From positions 1-34,070 of the IMG/VR virus record IMGVR_UViG_3300005259_000069: a stretch of DNA of 34,070 nucleotides. One strand, 5' to 3'. Made by a program: the position numbers and the translations under genes. Source of the DNA: a virus. Lineage: Duplodnaviria > Caudoviricetes. The stretch's first letter is position 1. Each line of letters starts with the position of its first letter. Positions 32,156-34,070 of the stretch are shown here, in pieces. The notes under the pieces are model-generated. The model did no database searches. It saw nothing but the letters and a program-made list of their open reading frames with translations, and was not told the origin of the DNA.

Positions 32156-32415
32156 AATTCACCTGTCCGTATTGCCGTATGGAATATAACACGACTCACG
32201 ATTTCAGCGATGGCTTGAAACGCAAGATTGAGTGCGTGTCTTGTAGTCGGCTCTTCTTGCCGGGGGCTCCGATAAAAGTCCAGACACCCGTGGTCACACA
32301 AGAACCCACCGTTGTTTATGTCGCACCCAAAAAACGCGAGCGCGAGCAAGATGGTGGGCTGTTTACCTCAACTAACATTCTGGCCGGATTCGGCCTTTAT
32401 TCGCTTTTCAAATGA
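32152..32415 (+). CDS. Zn-ribbon protein with a hydrophobic C-terminus
   Basis: MKFTCPYC...IECVSC; ATGA overlaps on both sides. Confidence 0.7.
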   Translation: MKFTCPYCRMEYNTTHDFSDGLKRKIECVSCSRLFLPGAPIKVQTPVVTQEPTVVYVAPKKREREQDGGLFTSTNILAGFGLYSLFK

Positions 32416-32894
32416 CCACACAGGAACAACAAATCACCGCAGAGGTTTGGACTGCCGCCAAGCAGTTTGTCCAGGCGAATCTGGCATGTCCGCTTAGCGC
32501 GGTATTTGTCGAGGATGGACAAACTCAACCAGTGACATCATTGGGCGAACAGACCGTGGAAATCAGTTCCACGGTCGACGCGCAAAATCAATATGGCGCC
32601 ATGCTTCGCAATTACTGGCATTTGATTATGCGGCTGACTCCCGATGGTTGGCGCTTGATCTTTTTTGAAATGACCGATCATCCGGAGCAGATCACGATTA
32701 AACCGGGGATTGCAACGTGTTCTCACTGCCGCGGCAAATTTGCCATCAACAACAGTCTGTCCGGCAAAAGTATTTCCTGCCCGATTTGTCGCAAGAGTTT
32801 TACATTCATCAAAACGCGAGAGGCGGTTATCGGCTGTCTGTTGATTTTGACCGTAATCGCAATCATCGCTTTTATCGTTATTCGCTATAAATAA
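32412..32894 (+). CDS. Membrane-anchored Zn-ribbon protein
   Basis: A..FV..NL.CP.SA.F...VDAQNQYGAMLR domain, then CSHC/CPIC, then a C-terminal TM helix (AVIGCLLILTVIAIIAFIVI). Confidence 0.75.
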   Translation: MTTQEQQITAEVWTAAKQFVQANLACPLSAVFVEDGQTQPVTSLGEQTVEISSTVDAQNQYGAMLRNYWHLIMRLTPDGWRLIFFEMTDHPEQITIKPGIATCSHCRGKFAINNSLSGKSISCPICRKSFTFIKTREAVIGCLLILTVIAIIAFIVIRYK

Positions 32895-32909
32895 CCCCTC
32901 GAGGCGGCC

Positions 32910-34070
32910 ATGACCATAAAAAAGCGCAATAACAAATATTACGCCGTGTTCCAAATTGATGGCAAAAAGCGCTGGATGAAAACCGGACAGAGTTCGGAAC
33001 GGGCGGCGAGTAAGATTGAAATGCGACTTTCTGCCGAGCTGGAACAAGAACGCGTCGGCAAACAATTTGCATCTATCATGATTGATTTGATCAAGCAAGT
33101 AGCACGCAAAGAAATAGATCATACCCATCTTCGCGGAGCATTGGCCGAGTTGGATTGGCAAGTGCAGCGGCATGCATTTGAAATCGTTTCCGAGCTATTT
33201 CCGGCGCCGGCCTTAACCTGCACTGAATTGTGGCAAAAATATATAGAGCAAGCTCCGGAAATCAAAGGGAATACCTTAAATTCAAAAAAATATCAATTTG
33301 ATGTTTTTACTCGTTGGTGGGGTGAACATAAAGACGTTCACGCGATTAAAGAAATTGATTGTCGTCGGTTTTTAAATTCTTTAAAAACATCATCCAGTTC
33401 AACCAACAATAATTATATCAGCACGATGTCCAGCGTTTGGAAAACATGGCCGGATCTTAAAAATCCATGGGGTGCACACCTGCGCATGAAGGACAATTCC
33501 GAAAGCAAACATCCCTTCAGCATTGCTCAAATCACTGCCATTCTCGCTTATTGTCGCGACCATAACTTGCGTGATTGGGAAATCGCTGTTTCTATTGCGT
33601 TCTATACCGGTTTGCGTTCTATTGATATTTGCCACCTGGAAAAAGATGAGCTTCATGATAATTATCTTGATCTCTGCCCGGAAAAAACCAGTCGCACTCG
33701 TCGCCGGGTTCGTATTATGTTAAAAGCTGAATTAAGCCAATTGTTATATTCGTTAATACATTCGCGGGGAAAATATTTATTGCCGGCCATGGCAACGCTC
33801 TATGATCGGGAGCGGAGAAAAATGTTACAGCAATTCCGCGACATCTTAACGGCGTGTGATATCAAAGGCGAAGAATACGGCTTTCACTCCATCCGTCATA
33901 CCTTTGTTACATTGGCCAAGGATTCCGGAATTGAAGACAAGGATATTCAGGCCATTACGGGACAGGCGGACGATGCCACGATGGAAATTTATTATCATGG
34001 ACGCAAGAATGTAGATCTAACCGCCTACCCGTCGCCAATCCCATTTCCGGCAATCAATAAAGCCGTTTGA
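32910..34070 (+). CDS. int: Tyrosine integrase
   Basis: YTGLRSIDI (R), PEKT (K), FHSIRHT (HxxR), ITGQ...EIYYH (Y); GAGG RBS; TGA at 34068-34070. Confidence 0.93.
   Translation: MTIKKRNNKYYAVFQIDGKKRWMKTGQSSERAASKIEMRLSAELEQERVGKQFASIMIDLIKQVARKEIDHTHLRGALAELDWQVQRHAFEIVSELFPAPALTCTELWQKYIEQAPEIKGNTLNSKKYQFDVFTRWWGEHKDVHAIKEIDCRRFLNSLKTSSSSTNNNYISTMSSVWKTWPDLKNPWGAHLRMKDNSESKHPFSIAQITAILAYCRDHNLRDWEIAVSIAFYTGLRSIDICHLEKDELHDNYLDLCPEKTSRTRRRVRIMLKAELSQLLYSLIHSRGKYLLPAMATLYDRERRKMLQQFRDILTACDIKGEEYGFHSIRHTFVTLAKDSGIEDKDIQAITGQADDATMEIYYHGRKNVDLTAYPSPIPFPAINKAV

Larger units (their letters stand above)
1..34070. mobile_element. Temperate phage/prophage, partial (integrase to terminase); att sites and structural genes are outside the window
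   Basis: Canonical order: integrase, repressor/cro switch, recombination, replication, sigma-like factor, cos-like site, terminase. Dense co-oriented ORFs with ATGA/TAATG overlaps. Confidence 0.95.

Noticed and set aside
1-34070. Alternative genetic code (TGA recoded) as the explanation for the in-frame stop in the sigma gene
   Set aside because: TGA is used as a normal stop in many ATGA-coupled gene pairs across the window.

Overview
The window is about 34 kb of a temperate phage or prophage. Read from the right end: a tyrosine integrase (its stop codon is the last base of the window) and an unusually large lysogeny module on the + strand, with three XRE regulators, a secreted thermonuclease and two Zn-ribbon proteins. 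A divergent cro/cI switch carries five 18-bp palindromic operators. A long leftward operon follows: recombination genes (RdgC-like, PD-(D/E)XK exonuclease, Xis-like, SMC-like ATPase, Sak4-like AAA, DUF669, RusA), an SF2 helicase, and a ~12 kb accessory block rich in DNA/nucleotide-modifying enzymes (C5 methyltransferase with 8 internal repeats, HD hydrolase, PAPS-reductase-family protein with a 33-aa duplication, HNH, radical SAM, ASCH, MmcB-like, Lar-like). Next are an AEP primase-helicase followed by iteron-like repeats, a sigma-70-like factor split into two in-frame ORFs, a lambda cosQ-like site, a ParB-N4/N6 methyltransferase, and a small and a GpA-type large terminase. Directly after terL, where head genes are expected, lies an AT-rich three-gene cassette ending in a metallo-beta-lactamase-fold (HxHxDH) hydrolase that is missing from the ORF track and runs off the left edge. 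Gene content resembles prophages I associate with PVC-group hosts (Planctomycetota/Lentisphaerota); this is an inference. All family calls come from visual motif recognition and no database searches were run. The best candidates for novelty are the post-terminase MBL cassette (possible anti-phage system), the split sigma factor, and a terminase-small-subunit-like paralog in the early operon.
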